This document shows, piece after piece, positions 31,655-41,507 of a stretch of DNA of 64,000 nucleotides; position 1 is the stretch's first letter; every line of letters starts with the position of its first letter. Source of the stretch: an uncultured delta proteobacterium (GTDB lineage: Bacteria > Myxococcota_A > Polyangia > Fen-1088). The stretch covers positions 320,001-384,000 of the forward strand of contig CAVYGB010000002.1 in assembly GCA_963767925.1 (NCBI GenBank), written 5' to 3'. Made by a program: the position numbers and the translations under genes. The notes beneath the pieces were generated by a model. The model did not search any database, was not told the DNA's origin, and saw only the letters and a list, made by a program, of their open reading frames with translations.

Positions 31655-33988
31655 ATGCAAGTCAGCAACGAGGATCCGGCCGAGAGCGAGGGCCGCGCCG
31701 ACGAGCCGGCGCGCCCCCAGGGGTGGCGGGCGCGGCTGTTCCGCCTGTCGGGCAGCATGCGCATCTGGCAAAAGCTGGTGATCATCTGCCTGGTCTTCTC
31801 CACCCCCTCGCTGCCGCTGCTCTGGTTCTTCGTGCGGGCCCTCGACCGGGACATCCAGCTCCTGCACCGGCAGTCGTGTGGCAACGCCTTCGCCGAGAAG
31901 ATGCACCAGCTCCTGGAGACCGCGGTGCGCCTGCGCCTGCAGACCGCCTCGCCGCGGGTGACCTCCGCCGCCGAGCGCGGCTCACCCGCCGCCCTGGCCA
32001 ACGCCATCGAGCGCAACCTCAACCAGCTCGGGCAGCTCCAGGCGGGCGCCTGCGGCAAGAGCACGGTGGGCGAGACCCTCGAATCGAGCGAGCTGCTGGC
32101 CGCGGTCAAGGGCTCCTGGGCGGAGCTGGCCCGGCGGGCCCCCGAATACCCGGTCGACCAGTACCGCCGCTTCCTGGCCGACATCGCCGATCTGCTGCGC
32201 CAGGTGGGCCTGGCCTCGAACCTCCTGCGCGACTCGGGGCTGGAGAGGTTTTACGTCGTCGAGGCCACCATGGAAGGCCTGCCGGCGGCGGCCCGGGACA
32301 TCGAGAAGCTGGCCACCGACGTGGCCGCCGAGGAGGCCCGCCCGGGCGAGACCGAGCTGATGCTGCGCGGGCGCGAGCTGGTGGCCAACCTCGACGAGAT
32401 GGGGCGCAACCTGCAGCTCGCCTACCGGGCGGCGGCGGCGGGGAGCGAGCGGGGCGACTCCCGGCTGTCCGAGATGCTCGACCCCCCCTTCCAGACGCTC
32501 GGCATGAGCACCCGGCAGCTCCTCGATCAGGTGCGGCAGGGGGCCGGCGGGCCAGGCCGCTCGCCCGAGCTGGTGGGGCGGCTGCTCGATCAGGCGGGGG
32601 TGACGCTCAGCGCCCTGGTCAAGACCCAGGAGGCCGGCCACCTCTGGATCGCCGGCACGCTCAAGAGCCGGATCGAGCGCTCCCAGTGGCAAAAGGGGCG
32701 CAGCATCGCGGTGGTGCTCGTGTTCTTCGTGCTGGCCGCCGGGCTGGTCCTGATCATCGTTCGCAGCATCACCGTGCCGCTGACCCGGGCGGTGGCCTGC
32801 GCCAACGCCCTGGCCGCCCAGGACCTCACCATCGAGATCCCGGTCGGGGCGGAGGACGAGCCCGGGCAGCTCCTGGCGGCCATGCGCAAGATGGCCACCA
32901 ACCTGCGCTCGACCATCTCGTCGATCGTCTCCTCCTCGCGCACGGTGGCCTCGGCCAGCGAGCGCATCTCCTCGTCGGCCTCCCAGCTCGCCAAGGGGGC
33001 CGAGACCCAGTCGACCGCCACCGAGGAGACGTCGTCGAGCATGGCGGAGATCGCGGTGCAGATCCAGCAGCTCGCCAAGACGGCGGTCTCGCTGGCGGCC
33101 AGCGTGGAGCAGACCACCGCCGCGATCCAGAAGATGGACCAGACCCTGGGGCGCACGGCCAGCAACGGCGACTCGCTGACCGCCGCCTCGGGCGAGACAG
33201 CGACGACCTTGAACCAGCTCGCGGCCAGCGTGGCCCACATGGCCACCCGGGCCCGCGAGGCGGACTCGCTGTCAAAGAGCTCGCTCACCGGGGTCAAGAG
33301 CGGCGGCGAGATGCTGCAGAAGTCGATCAACGGGATCGGCGACCGGGCCCAGGAGGTCAGCAAGATCGTGCGGGTGATCGAGGAGATCGCCGATCAGACC
33401 AACCTGCTGGCCCTCAACGCCGCCATCGAGGCGGCGCGGGCGGGCGACGCCGGGCGGGGGTTCGCGGTGGTGGCGGACGAGGTGCGGCGGCTGGCCGAGC
33501 GCTCGGCCGGCGCCACCCAGGAGATCAGCGACATCATCGACCGCGTGCAAAAGGACGTGGGCGGCTCGGTCAAGCTGACCGAGGAGGTGCTGGTCAAGAT
33601 GGTGGCCTCCCTGGACAACACCTCGAAGGTCATCGAGGACAGCGCCCAGACCGCCGACGAGCAGACCCGCGCGACAAAGACCATGCTCGACACGGCCGAG
33701 CGCATGTCCCAGCTCGCCCGCCAGATCGCCCTGGCCTCCAAGGAGAACGCGGGCAGCGGCAACGAGATCGCCCGGGCCGCCCAGGAGATGACCGAGCTGA
33801 CCAACGTCATGCTCGATGCCACAATCGAGCAGAAGAAGGGCGGCGAGATGGTGGTCAAGGCCACCGACTCGATCGCCGCGGTGGCCCGCCAGAACCTGGC
33901 CGCGGTCGAGCAGATCACGGTCGCCGCCCGCAACCTGGCCCAGGAGGCGGAGGTGCTGCGCGGCCGGGTGGAAGAGTTCGACGTCTGA
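31655..33988 (+). CDS. Methyl-accepting chemotaxis protein
   Basis: Two TM helices, HAMP ([10 protein letters not shown]), signalling tip [35 protein letters not shown]. Confidence 0.95.
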   Translation: MQVSNEDPAESEGRADEPARPQGWRARLFRLSGSMRIWQKLVIICLVFSTPSLPLLWFFVRALDRDIQLLHRQSCGNAFAEKMHQLLETAVRLRLQTASPRVTSAAERGSPAALANAIERNLNQLGQLQAGACGKSTVGETLESSELLAAVKGSWAELARRAPEYPVDQYRRFLADIADLLRQVGLASNLLRDSGLERFYVVEATMEGLPAAARDIEKLATDVAAEEARPGETELMLRGRELVANLDEMGRNLQLAYRAAAAGSERGDSRLSEMLDPPFQTLGMSTRQLLDQVRQGAGGPGRSPELVGRLLDQAGVTLSALVKTQEAGHLWIAGTLKSRIERSQWQKGRSIAVVLVFFVLAAGLVLIIVRSITVPLTRAVACANALAAQDLTIEIPVGAEDEPGQLLAAMRKMATNLRSTISSIVSSSRTVASASERISSSASQLAKGAETQSTATEETSSSMAEIAVQIQQLAKTAVSLAASVEQTTAAIQKMDQTLGRTASNGDSLTAASGETATTLNQLAASVAHMATRAREADSLSKSSLTGVKSGGEMLQKSINGIGDRAQEVSKIVRVIEEIADQTNLLALNAAIEAARAGDAGRGFAVVADEVRRLAERSAGATQEISDIIDRVQKDVGGSVKLTEEVLVKMVASLDNTSKVIEDSAQTADEQTRATKTMLDTAERMSQLARQIALASKENAGSGNEIARAAQEMTELTNVMLDATIEQKKGGEMVVKATDSIAAVARQNLAAVEQITVAARNLAQEAEVLRGRVEEFDV

Positions 33989-34052
33989 GCCGCGGTCGGG
34001 CCCGGGGGAGCCGACCGCTGGGTGCGCAATACGGCTGCCCCTGTAGCGCGGG

Positions 34053-34175
34053 TCAGGGTAGCGGTTCTACCCAGATGTTGCGGAAGCGGACGGGGTGGGC
34101 GTGCTCCTGCAGGCGGAGGGCGCCGGGGGCGTCGCGCGCGAAGCTGCCGCTCGCCGGGAACATCTGCTTGTTCAT
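34053..34175 (-). pseudogene. 3' remnant of a DUF1080 (3-keto-disaccharide hydrolase family) gene
   Basis: GALRLQEHAHPVRFRNIWVEPL matches the DUF1080 C-terminal signature. The ORF track labels 34053..34289 as '+', but TCA at 34053 and CAC at 34287 show it reads on the minus strand. Confidence 0.65.
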
Positions 34176-34189
34176 GGTGCGCAGGCGGT

Positions 34190-34574
34190 TGACCAGTCCC
34201 GCGAGGCCGGCTGCTTCGAGGAGATCAGCGTCGACGACGATCCTGACGGCGTTGGCGTCCGGCTCGTGAAACCCCGCTCGCTCGAGCACTGGAAGCCGGT
34301 GAGCGACCTGTCTCCCCTCTCCGAGGTCGCCCTCGGTCCGGCGGTGATCACCGAGCTGCGGAAGCAGGAAGGCTGCGACCCCCTCGCCGATCGCGCCGAG
34401 ACGCTCTCGGTCGGCGTCGCCCCCCGCCTCTGGCTCCGCACCGAGATCGCCGGCTGCACCAGCGCCGCCATGGCCGACCTGCGCGCGGCCGCCCGCGCCC
34501 TCGTCGACCGTCTGGCCGCCGGCCCCGCGCCCGACGCCGGCGACAGCCGCGAGCCCCCCGACGGCCGCTGGTAA
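34190..34574 (+). pseudogene. Probable 3' fragment of a hypothetical gene
   Basis: High-GC3 coding-like frame (...AGCFEEISVDDD...EGCDPLADRAETL...) with no credible start; abuts the DUF1080 remnant. Confidence 0.35.
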
Positions 34575-34826
34575 CGGCGTCGTGCACGCCCGACGGGCGA
34601 AAACAGGCGTGCGCAGCCTCGCGCCCCGCGTCTATGTAAGAGCGTCCCCGATGTCTGCGTCGTTTCGGCGCGGACGTCCCACCGAGGAGCACCGGAAAAC
34701 CGTGGTTTTTCAGGACCCGAATCGACGCACTGGTAGGTCGGGATGTGAGAATCAGCGGTTGGGCCTGGTCCAATTGGGCCTGACCACCTAACCTACCGGG
34801 GTCTGTCCCGGAGGTTTGATCGCGTC

Positions 34827-35630
34827 ATGAACCAGCCATCGTTCCCGTCCCTACTGCTCGGTGTCGCGCTGCTCGGAGGGATGGTGCTCGCGCCCGCTGC
34901 TGCATCCGGAAAAGATGCAAAGCCGCCGGCCGCCCCGGCGTCGAACGACTCGGAGGCGCGCAGCAAGGAGCTGCTCAAGAAGCACTTCCCGCTCGAGGAG
35001 GACATCGGCCCCATACCGGTGGTGCGCGTGCCGAAGGCCGACGAGGCCAAGGCCGCCGCGGCGAAGGTCGAGAAGGAGAAGGCCGAGAAGGCCCGCATCG
35101 AGCGGGCCCGCCAGCAGGCGCGCGCCGCCGCCGTCCCCGCGGCGAAGGAGCCCCCTCCACCCGCCGTCGCCACGCCCGGCACCAGCTCGGTGCCGCCCAC
35201 TCCGATCGCCGCCGAGCCGAAGAAGAAGGAGGCGGTCCGGCCCGAGCCCTCGCAGGGGCCCGCGCTGAAGACCGAGGACAGCCAGCAGATCGACGACATG
35301 CTGGCCCGCGCGCTCACCGAGGTCGAGGTGCCGGCCGAAAGCGCGGCGGAGCAGCCGGTGGCGGCGGCCCTGCCCCCGCTCGGGATGGCGGCCATCCGCC
35401 AGACCATGCAGACGGTTCAGCCCGAGGTGAAGCGGGACTGCCCGCTCGGTCGCCTCGGCGTCGTGCTCGTGCGGGTGGAGGTCACCCCGAGTGGCCAGGT
35501 GGCCAGCGTGATCCCCGAGGGCAAGCTGGCCAAGTCGCCGCCCGCCCCCTGCGTGGCCGAGCGGGTCCGCCGCGCGCGTTTCCCGCGCTCGGCCGGCGGC
35601 ACCTTCAGCTACGGCCTGACCGTCCGCTGA
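34827..35630 (+). CDS. Secreted protein with Ala/Pro/Lys/Glu-rich linker and AgmX/TonB-C-like C-terminal domain
   Basis: SD GGAGG; signal peptide; AIRQTMQTVQPEVKRDC...VRVEVTPSGQV...CVAERVRRARFP. Confidence 0.75.
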   Translation: MNQPSFPSLLLGVALLGGMVLAPAAASGKDAKPPAAPASNDSEARSKELLKKHFPLEEDIGPIPVVRVPKADEAKAAAAKVEKEKAEKARIERARQQARAAAVPAAKEPPPPAVATPGTSSVPPTPIAAEPKKKEAVRPEPSQGPALKTEDSQQIDDMLARALTEVEVPAESAAEQPVAAALPPLGMAAIRQTMQTVQPEVKRDCPLGRLGVVLVRVEVTPSGQVASVIPEGKLAKSPPAPCVAERVRRARFPRSAGGTFSYGLTVR

Positions 35631-35649
35631 TCCGCGCCGCGCGCATTCA

Positions 35650-35921
35650 CCAACCGGGACCCTCAGGCGGGCGGGTCCCGGATCGATCGTGGGCAATTCC
35701 CTTCCCACTCACACCGTCGCCACATCGCCTTGGCGATCGATCCGGGCCCCGCCCGGAATGCACCGGTGACTCTCCCCTGTCGACACTCCCCCCGCACCCC
35801 GGTCTCCCCATCTCCCCGCGCCGCTGCGACCTCACCCAACCAACCCACCGCCCCGTCGAGCCGCGCGCCCCATACCCCGGAAACCGTCAGCATTCCATTC
35901 GCCTGGGCTATTCAGTTGTGA
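35650..35921 (-). ncRNA. Candidate structured non-coding RNA
   Basis: Perfect stems at 35654-62/35673-81, 35677-89/35734-46 and 35755-61/35890-96; about nine GGA motifs on the minus strand; sigma54-like motif just upstream; no credible ORF. Confidence 0.35.
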
Positions 35922-35931
35922 ACCAGAGAAC

Positions 35932-35947
35932 TTCAAGGGTCGTGCCA
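35932..35947 (-). promoter_or_regulatory. Sigma54-like -24/-12 element
   Basis: Minus strand TGGCACGACCCTTGAA against consensus TGGCAC-N5-TTGCW; one mismatch at the -12 C. Confidence 0.4.
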
Positions 35948-36088
35948 GCCCCGCCCGGCCGCTGAAACCGGGGCCGGGAGGCGAAAAGCCGGGAGAGAGC
36001 GTTTCAGCGCGGTAGCGATTCCTGCCCGGGAGGCACTTCTCGCGGACATTCCGTCAGAGGGGCGCGAACGGGGCGCCGCAGGAGGCTT

Positions 36089-36409
36089 TCAGGGTTGCTC
36101 TGCCAGCGGCTCCGTCGGGGCGTTGCAGGTCACCTGCAGGCCCTTGATGACGGCGTTGGCGCAGTCGAGCGGCCAGATGCCGAACGCGCCTCGCCGCTCC
36201 TGCATCATCCCGTCGGTCGGACACGCGAAGGGGTTCTCGACCTCCACCGCGGGCGGCCAGCTCCACCCGGGCGTGACCCGCAGGGCGTAGCGGTGCGGGC
36301 GGACCGAGCGATCTTCGCGCACCTCGAGCCGGCCGCAGCGAACCCCGAGGGCGTCGATCCCGAGCCATAGTTGCCGGTGAACCCCACCACCGCCTGCCCC
36401 CCCGAACAC
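36089..36409 (-). CDS. Hypothetical protein (possibly a fragment)
   Basis: 106-aa ORF with coding-like codon bias downstream of the C25 gene; start uncertain. Confidence 0.35.
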   Translation of the reverse strand: MFGGAGGGGVHRQLWLGIDALGVRCGRLEVREDRSVRPHRYALRVTPGWSWPPAVEVENPFACPTDGMMQERRGAFGIWPLDCANAVIKGLQVTCNAPTEPLAEQP

Positions 36410-36436
36410 TAGTCTAGACCGGGCGCTCCGGTGCGG

Positions 36437-39400
36437 TCAGCCCGGCGGTGGGGGTGGGCTGGCGGGGGCGGCGGGGGCGGCGGGCTCGCGCCGGGGCGCG
36501 CGGGCCCGGCGGGTGAGGCGGTGGGCGGTGGTCGCCAGCAACACGAGGCCGAGGCCGATCCACAGGCCGGCCGGGCGGGCGGCGAGGGCCTGGCTCGCGA
36601 TCGCGCCGCAGCCGCTGGCCCCGGGATTGGCCGGGGAGGCGGACGGTGGCGGGGCGGCGGAGGCGGGGGTGCCGAACAGCGAGGGGTCGCCGAGCAGGAC
36701 GAAGCTGCGGCGTACGTCGCGGTCGGCGACCGCGAGCATGGCGGCGCGCACCGCCTCGCCCAGCGACGATCGGGCCAGCGCGCGCACGAACGCGAGGTTG
36801 GCCACCGCCTGCGTCCGGGCGTCGGGGGACGCGCTCGACGCCAACACCGCGATGGCCCCGCCTTTGGGGGCGGCCAGCAAGGCCTGGCCCAGGCTCTCCT
36901 GGCGGGGGTCCTGGAACAGCCCGCCGAGGCAGGTCATCGCCGCGACGACCGGCAGCCGCTCGCCGTTGCCGAGGGCGTGGGCCTGCCGGGTGTCGAGGGT
37001 GCCGGCCCACTCGGCCACTGACCCGTGCCCCTGGTAGTTGACCAGGCCGGCCCCGGCCTCGAGCGCGGCCAGGAGGGCGACGCCGGGCTCCGGCGAGGCG
37101 CTGTTGTCGAGCGCCACCGCGGCCATCCCGGCGGGCAGGGCCGCGCCCACCTCGCGGGAGGTGGCGGCGAAGTCCCAGCCGTCCTCGCGATCGGACACCA
37201 GCAGGGCGCGGCCGCGCCAGCCCTCGCCGCCCAGGCGGCCGCGGTAGGTGACCAGCTTGTCGACCAGGATGCGGGCCTCCTCCGCGCTGGCGGCGGGCAG
37301 GCGGCCGATGGCGATCTCGGGGACGTCGTCGCCGTCCAGGTCGCCGAACCAGCCGTCCGAGGCGGTCTCGATGGTCCTCGTGTCGAGCAGCCTGGTCGGC
37401 AGCAGGTCGCGCTCGCCGAGGCCGAGGTGGTCCTGGGGGTCGAAGCTGGCCGCCCCGACCAGCAGGGCGAAGCGCCCGGCCCCGCCGCCGGACTGGTGGA
37501 CGGTGCGCAGGAAGTCGCGGAGGGCGTGGGGGCTCTTGTCTCCGCAGCCGTAGCCGTCGTAGATGTCCTCGGCCGCGACGGCGTCGGCGCGCCAGCCGTC
37601 GGCTGCCCGTCGCACCAGCAGGGGCTCGACCGCGGGGAGGAAGGCCGCCGGAGTGATGATCAGCAGCTCGGCGCGCCGGGCGGCGGCCAGGGCGGCGGAG
37701 GGACGATGGGGGACGATGGCGGTCGGGCTGGCGGCGTCCGAGTCGCGGAAGGCAAACAGCTTGCGCAGGCCCTCGCCGGCGGTCACCACCCGGGCGGCGA
37801 AGCCCACGCTGCGGGGCGAGGTGATCACCGGCAGCTCGAAGACGTCGTCGGGGTCGGTCACGTCGACGACCCGCACGTCGTCCCCCGCGAACCCGGTCAA
37901 CATGGCCACCTGGCCCCCGAGGACCTGGAAGGCGAGCCGGCCGCGGTCGGCGGTGAGCTTGCGGGCGTAGGACAGGCGCAGCGACTCGACCAGGCTGACG
38001 TCGGTGTCGCCGGCCTCGGCGGTCAGGGTGATGGTGTTGTCGCCCTCGGCGAGGGCCCGCGCCGGCAGGGGGAAGCGGCCGTGGCCGGGGGCCTGGCCCT
38101 CGAACGAGACGGTCCCGAGTGGCTGCCCGGCGAACGCGACGCGCACCCGGTGGGGGCCCAGGCTGGCCCCGCGCAGGTCGACCTCGAGCACGGGCGGCTC
38201 GGCGGCCTGCGGGTCGAGGGCGCTCGCGAGGAGGCTCTGGTCCAGCGGGCGGGTGGTGACGACCGCGCCGAAGAAGTTGTCGGCGTCGCCGTTCTTGATC
38301 GCGGCGACGTAGACCGAGCGGTCGGCGCGCTCCGCCACGACGCGGGCGCTGTGCACCTCGCCGCCGGTCGGCGCGGAGGCGCGGGTGGGGACGCGGAGGG
38401 GGGATTCGCCGTCGGGGGTCTCGGCCAGCCAGTAGGTGCGGGTCGGGCTCGCGGAGGTGGCCGGGGCGCTGGCGAAGAAGCCGAGGGTGTCGTCGGGATC
38501 GAGGCGGCCGTCGGCGTCGCCGGTGATCTGCAGCGGGACGGGGCGGCCGTCGCGGTAGAGAGCGAGGCGGCGAGGGTCGAGGGAGCGATCGACGGCGGCG
38601 TCGGTGAGGGCGTCGATCAGTGCCTGGCCGGTGATGCGGGTCCAGCCGTCGGCGGGGATGCGGAGCTTGATGCCGGGGCGGGTGCCGAGGGTGGGGCAGG
38701 TGGGGGCTGGGAATGAGGGTGGAGTGGAGAAGGGGGTTTGCGACGCTTGCGGGGAGGACGCTGGGGAGCGCGGGAAGGTAATCGCCTCGGGGCGGGAGCG
38801 CACGGGGGGGCGGAGGTCCTGGAGGAGGGCGGCGGGGCGTGGGGGGGCGGCGGAGGGTGTCGGGGACGGGGACGCATACGGGGACGGGGTTGGGGGTGGG
38901 GACGGAGTTGGGGGTGAGGACGGAGTTGGGGGTGCGAGGGCGAGGGGGCCGTAGAAGGTGCTGCGGGTGTCGAGGTCGATCTCCTCGATCCAGTAGCGGG
39001 CGTTCGGGACGGGGGTGGGGTCGGTCCACAGGTACGCGGCCTGGCCCATGCCCTGGGGGCTGGCGGCGGCGGTGATGGCGTTGCCGGCGAGCAGGCCGCT
39101 CAGAGGGGCGCGGCGGCCGTCGAGCTCGCGGTGGATGCGGTAGCCGAGGTTCCAGCCGCCGTCGGCGGCCTGCCAGCGGAGGTCGACACCGGGGCCGCGG
39201 GGGGCGGCGCTGGCGTCGTGGAGGCGGATGGAGGTCGGGGTGATCGCTGGCGGCACCGCTACGGTCACCAGGGTCCAGGCCACGCCCGGCGTGTAGCCCT
39301 CCGAGAAGGTCGTGGTGGCGCTGGCGCCACCGCCAACCGCCACGCCGGAGGGGGCCGTGAGCCCGAGCATCCCGCCGTTGGCGCCGATGGTGCAGCCGGA

Positions 39401-40075
39401 CTGGTCCCAGCGCACGGTCTCGATTCCGCTGGGGCTGCAGGTGCCCGACACGGTCGAGCCCGCTCCTCCCAGCGACAGGTTGGCCAGCACCAGCCGCCGC
39501 GCGCCTCCCGGGTCGACGGTGATCGCAGGGCTGCTATTGGTGTTCCCGGAACTGGCGCTCGGGGGCCTGATGACGTTTGTCGGGTCGCTGTTCCGGAGGG
39601 ACATCGCCGCTGCGGCCAGCGAGCCGGCATTGGTCATGGTCACCGCGCCGTTGGTCACGGTCACCGTGATGGTGTAAGTGCCGGCGGCGATCGGCCCCTC
39701 CACGTAGTGGATGGCCGAACCCCAGACACGCGCGCCGATGAAATCGGGCCGGTAAACGAAGTTGCCCGAGACGGTCAGCCCTCCGCTGAGGGTGATGGTT
39801 CGCGTGTTCGGATTTGCGTCGCAGCTATTGGCCGAGATGGCGATCAGGAGCAACGACGCTCCCCCGGAGCCGACGGTGTGGTCCCAGGACGTGGACATGC
39901 GGTTCAAGGTGAAGGTCGGGTTCGCGATCAGCCCCGAGGTCGACACGGCGTCGATCACGATGTCGTTGGGGTCGGCGGCGGCCAGGCCCGGCACCGCCGC
40001 GACGCTCAGCACCACCGCTCGGGCTAGCTGGACATGAGACCGCACCTTCCCCGGCACGCTGCTGCGACTCGACAT
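36437..40075 (-). CDS. Peptidase C25 (gingipain-family) surface protein with MYXO-CTERM-like tail
   Basis: SD GGAGGAGG; signal peptide; ELLIITP, EDIYD, ASDGWFGD...PEIAIGRLP, catalytic NYQGHGS and AMTC; tail ASGCGA...GLWIGLGLVLL...RLTRRAR. Confidence 0.85.
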   Translation of the reverse strand: MSSRSSVPGKVRSHVQLARAVVLSVAAVPGLAAADPNDIVIDAVSTSGLIANPTFTLNRMSTSWDHTVGSGGASLLLIAISANSCDANPNTRTITLSGGLTVSGNFVYRPDFIGARVWGSAIHYVEGPIAAGTYTITVTVTNGAVTMTNAGSLAAAAMSLRNSDPTNVIRPPSASSGNTNSSPAITVDPGGARRLVLANLSLGGAGSTVSGTCSPSGIETVRWDQSGCTIGANGGMLGLTAPSGVAVGGGASATTTFSEGYTPGVAWTLVTVAVPPAITPTSIRLHDASAAPRGPGVDLRWQAADGGWNLGYRIHRELDGRRAPLSGLLAGNAITAAASPQGMGQAAYLWTDPTPVPNARYWIEEIDLDTRSTFYGPLALAPPTPSSPPTPSPPPTPSPYASPSPTPSAAPPRPAALLQDLRPPVRSRPEAITFPRSPASSPQASQTPFSTPPSFPAPTCPTLGTRPGIKLRIPADGWTRITGQALIDALTDAAVDRSLDPRRLALYRDGRPVPLQITGDADGRLDPDDTLGFFASAPATSASPTRTYWLAETPDGESPLRVPTRASAPTGGEVHSARVVAERADRSVYVAAIKNGDADNFFGAVVTTRPLDQSLLASALDPQAAEPPVLEVDLRGASLGPHRVRVAFAGQPLGTVSFEGQAPGHGRFPLPARALAEGDNTITLTAEAGDTDVSLVESLRLSYARKLTADRGRLAFQVLGGQVAMLTGFAGDDVRVVDVTDPDDVFELPVITSPRSVGFAARVVTAGEGLRKLFAFRDSDAASPTAIVPHRPSAALAAARRAELLIITPAAFLPAVEPLLVRRAADGWRADAVAAEDIYDGYGCGDKSPHALRDFLRTVHQSGGGAGRFALLVGAASFDPQDHLGLGERDLLPTRLLDTRTIETASDGWFGDLDGDDVPEIAIGRLPAASAEEARILVDKLVTYRGRLGGEGWRGRALLVSDREDGWDFAATSREVGAALPAGMAAVALDNSASPEPGVALLAALEAGAGLVNYQGHGSVAEWAGTLDTRQAHALGNGERLPVVAAMTCLGGLFQDPRQESLGQALLAAPKGGAIAVLASSASPDARTQAVANLAFVRALARSSLGEAVRAAMLAVADRDVRRSFVLLGDPSLFGTPASAAPPPSASPANPGASGCGAIASQALAARPAGLWIGLGLVLLATTAHRLTRRARAPRREPAAPAAPASPPPPPG

Positions 40076-40519
40076 GCCTCCTCCTCCCCCGATCACCAGC
40101 GACATTCCCCAACTCGATCGCGGATGCGACCAGCCGTGCGGCAAGGAGCAGCCCGCGGCCAGCTCCTGGTGTTCGCAACGGTTCGACAACTATATCAGCC
40201 GCCGATCACCGGCCAAAGCACATCCCAGCGCGGTCACCGTCGGCGAGCGCGCGCCCGCCCACCTTGCGGGAGATGACCGTGCTTCGCAGAGCTTTCCCTA
40301 CCCGCGATGATCCCGTTGTTCCTGATCCCCACCCATCCGGAAGGCTCCGGCGGGCAGCAGCGACCCGGCGCCGCTCCCATCGCGATCGGGCCCCGAGGTT
40401 CCATCCGCCCAATCGGGACGGCGATCGGGCAAGGTGACGGCATGACGAGGTCATCGCTCGCGATCGGCACCACGGTGGTGGCGATCGACGCCTGCACCCC
40501 CCGACGAGGAGGTTCCCCC

Positions 40520-40927
40520 ATGCCCACCCCACTCTGGCCGGTCCGTCACATCTCGATCTCGATCGACCGCCCTCCCGCCGACGTCTACCAGCTCGCCGCC
40601 AACCCCGAGAACCTGCCTCGCTGGGCCCGCGGCCTCGCCGGCTCGGTCAAGCTCACCCAGGACGGCACCCTCATCGCCGCCTCCCCGATGGGCGAGGTCA
40701 AGGTCCGCTTCGCCGAGCGCAACCGCCAGGGCATCCTCGACCACGACGTCACCCTCCCCTCCGGCGAAACCGTCCACAACCCCCTGCGCGTCGTCCCCAA
40801 CGCCACCGGCAGCGAAGTCATCTTCACCATCTTCCGCCGCCCCGGCGCCACCGAAGACCAGTTCGCCGCCGACGCCCACGCCGTCGAACGCGACCTGGCC
40901 ACCCTCAAGTCCCTCCTGGAAGAGTGA
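40520..40927 (+). CDS. SRPBCC/polyketide-cyclase-like protein
   Basis: SD GAGGAGG; HISISIDRPPADVY...NPENLPRWARGL...GILDHDVTLPSGETVHNPLRV...DLATLKSLLE. Confidence 0.85.
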   Translation: MPTPLWPVRHISISIDRPPADVYQLAANPENLPRWARGLAGSVKLTQDGTLIAASPMGEVKVRFAERNRQGILDHDVTLPSGETVHNPLRVVPNATGSEVIFTIFRRPGATEDQFAADAHAVERDLATLKSLLEE

Positions 40928-41051
40928 AGCCCCCCGGCGCTCCCGTCGTCCACGTCGCCGGAGGGTCCGCCAGCCATAGCTCACTCCGGCCCGTCGATGA
41001 CCGGCGAGGTCCGTCTGGGCGGCCGCAGATGCTGCAGCTCTTCCTGGCGTT

Positions 41052-41067
41052 ATGTCATATCTGACAT
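41052..41067. promoter_or_regulatory. Palindromic operator upstream of the toxin remnant
   Basis: ATGTCA-TATC-TGACAT, an AT-rich perfect inverted repeat 12 nt before the toxin start. Confidence 0.55.
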
Positions 41068-41079
41068 GTACTGACGCTC

Positions 41080-41355
41080 GTGTCGCCGGGAGACAAGCCG
41101 TTGGTCTGGCTACACGGCGAGGTAAAAAGGCCGCCGTTTTCGAGAGAGGCCAGGATAGAGACTGGCTTTTTGCTGCGGCGGCTTCAGGCGGGTCACACGT
41201 TGTCGATCCCCCATTCCCGTCCCATGCCCCACATCGGGGCCAATTGCCACGAGCTTCGGATTGGCGACAGAGGAAAGGCCTGGCGTACGTCCTGCGCCCT
41301 GACCTGCGGAGACTCGCCACCGCCGCCCGGGTTTTTCTCCGGGGGACCACTCTAA
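41080..41355 (+). pseudogene. Truncated RelE/HigB-like (Gp49/DUF891-type) toxin; antitoxin absent
   Basis: KPLVWLHGEVKRPPFSREARIETGFLLRRLQ...PHSRPMPHIGANCHELRI...WR, then family similarity is lost; no downstream HTH antitoxin gene. Confidence 0.7.
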
Positions 41356-41507
41356 CAGGCAGCGCCAAGCGCTCGACCCCATGACTCCGCCCGTTCGCGT
41401 GCTGCAAAGCGCGACGTTGCAAGCGAAACGGCGCACCGGTCGCTACACTTCCGCCGGGGCTTGCCGCGGACCGCGCCGTAGCGCCGGACCGACCTGGGGA
41501 ACCATAG

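Noticed and set aside
38860..38940. 18-bp G-rich tandem repeats (also the poly-Pro tract at 45010-45250)
   Set aside because: Explained as Pro/Thr/Ser linker-coding sequence inside genes.
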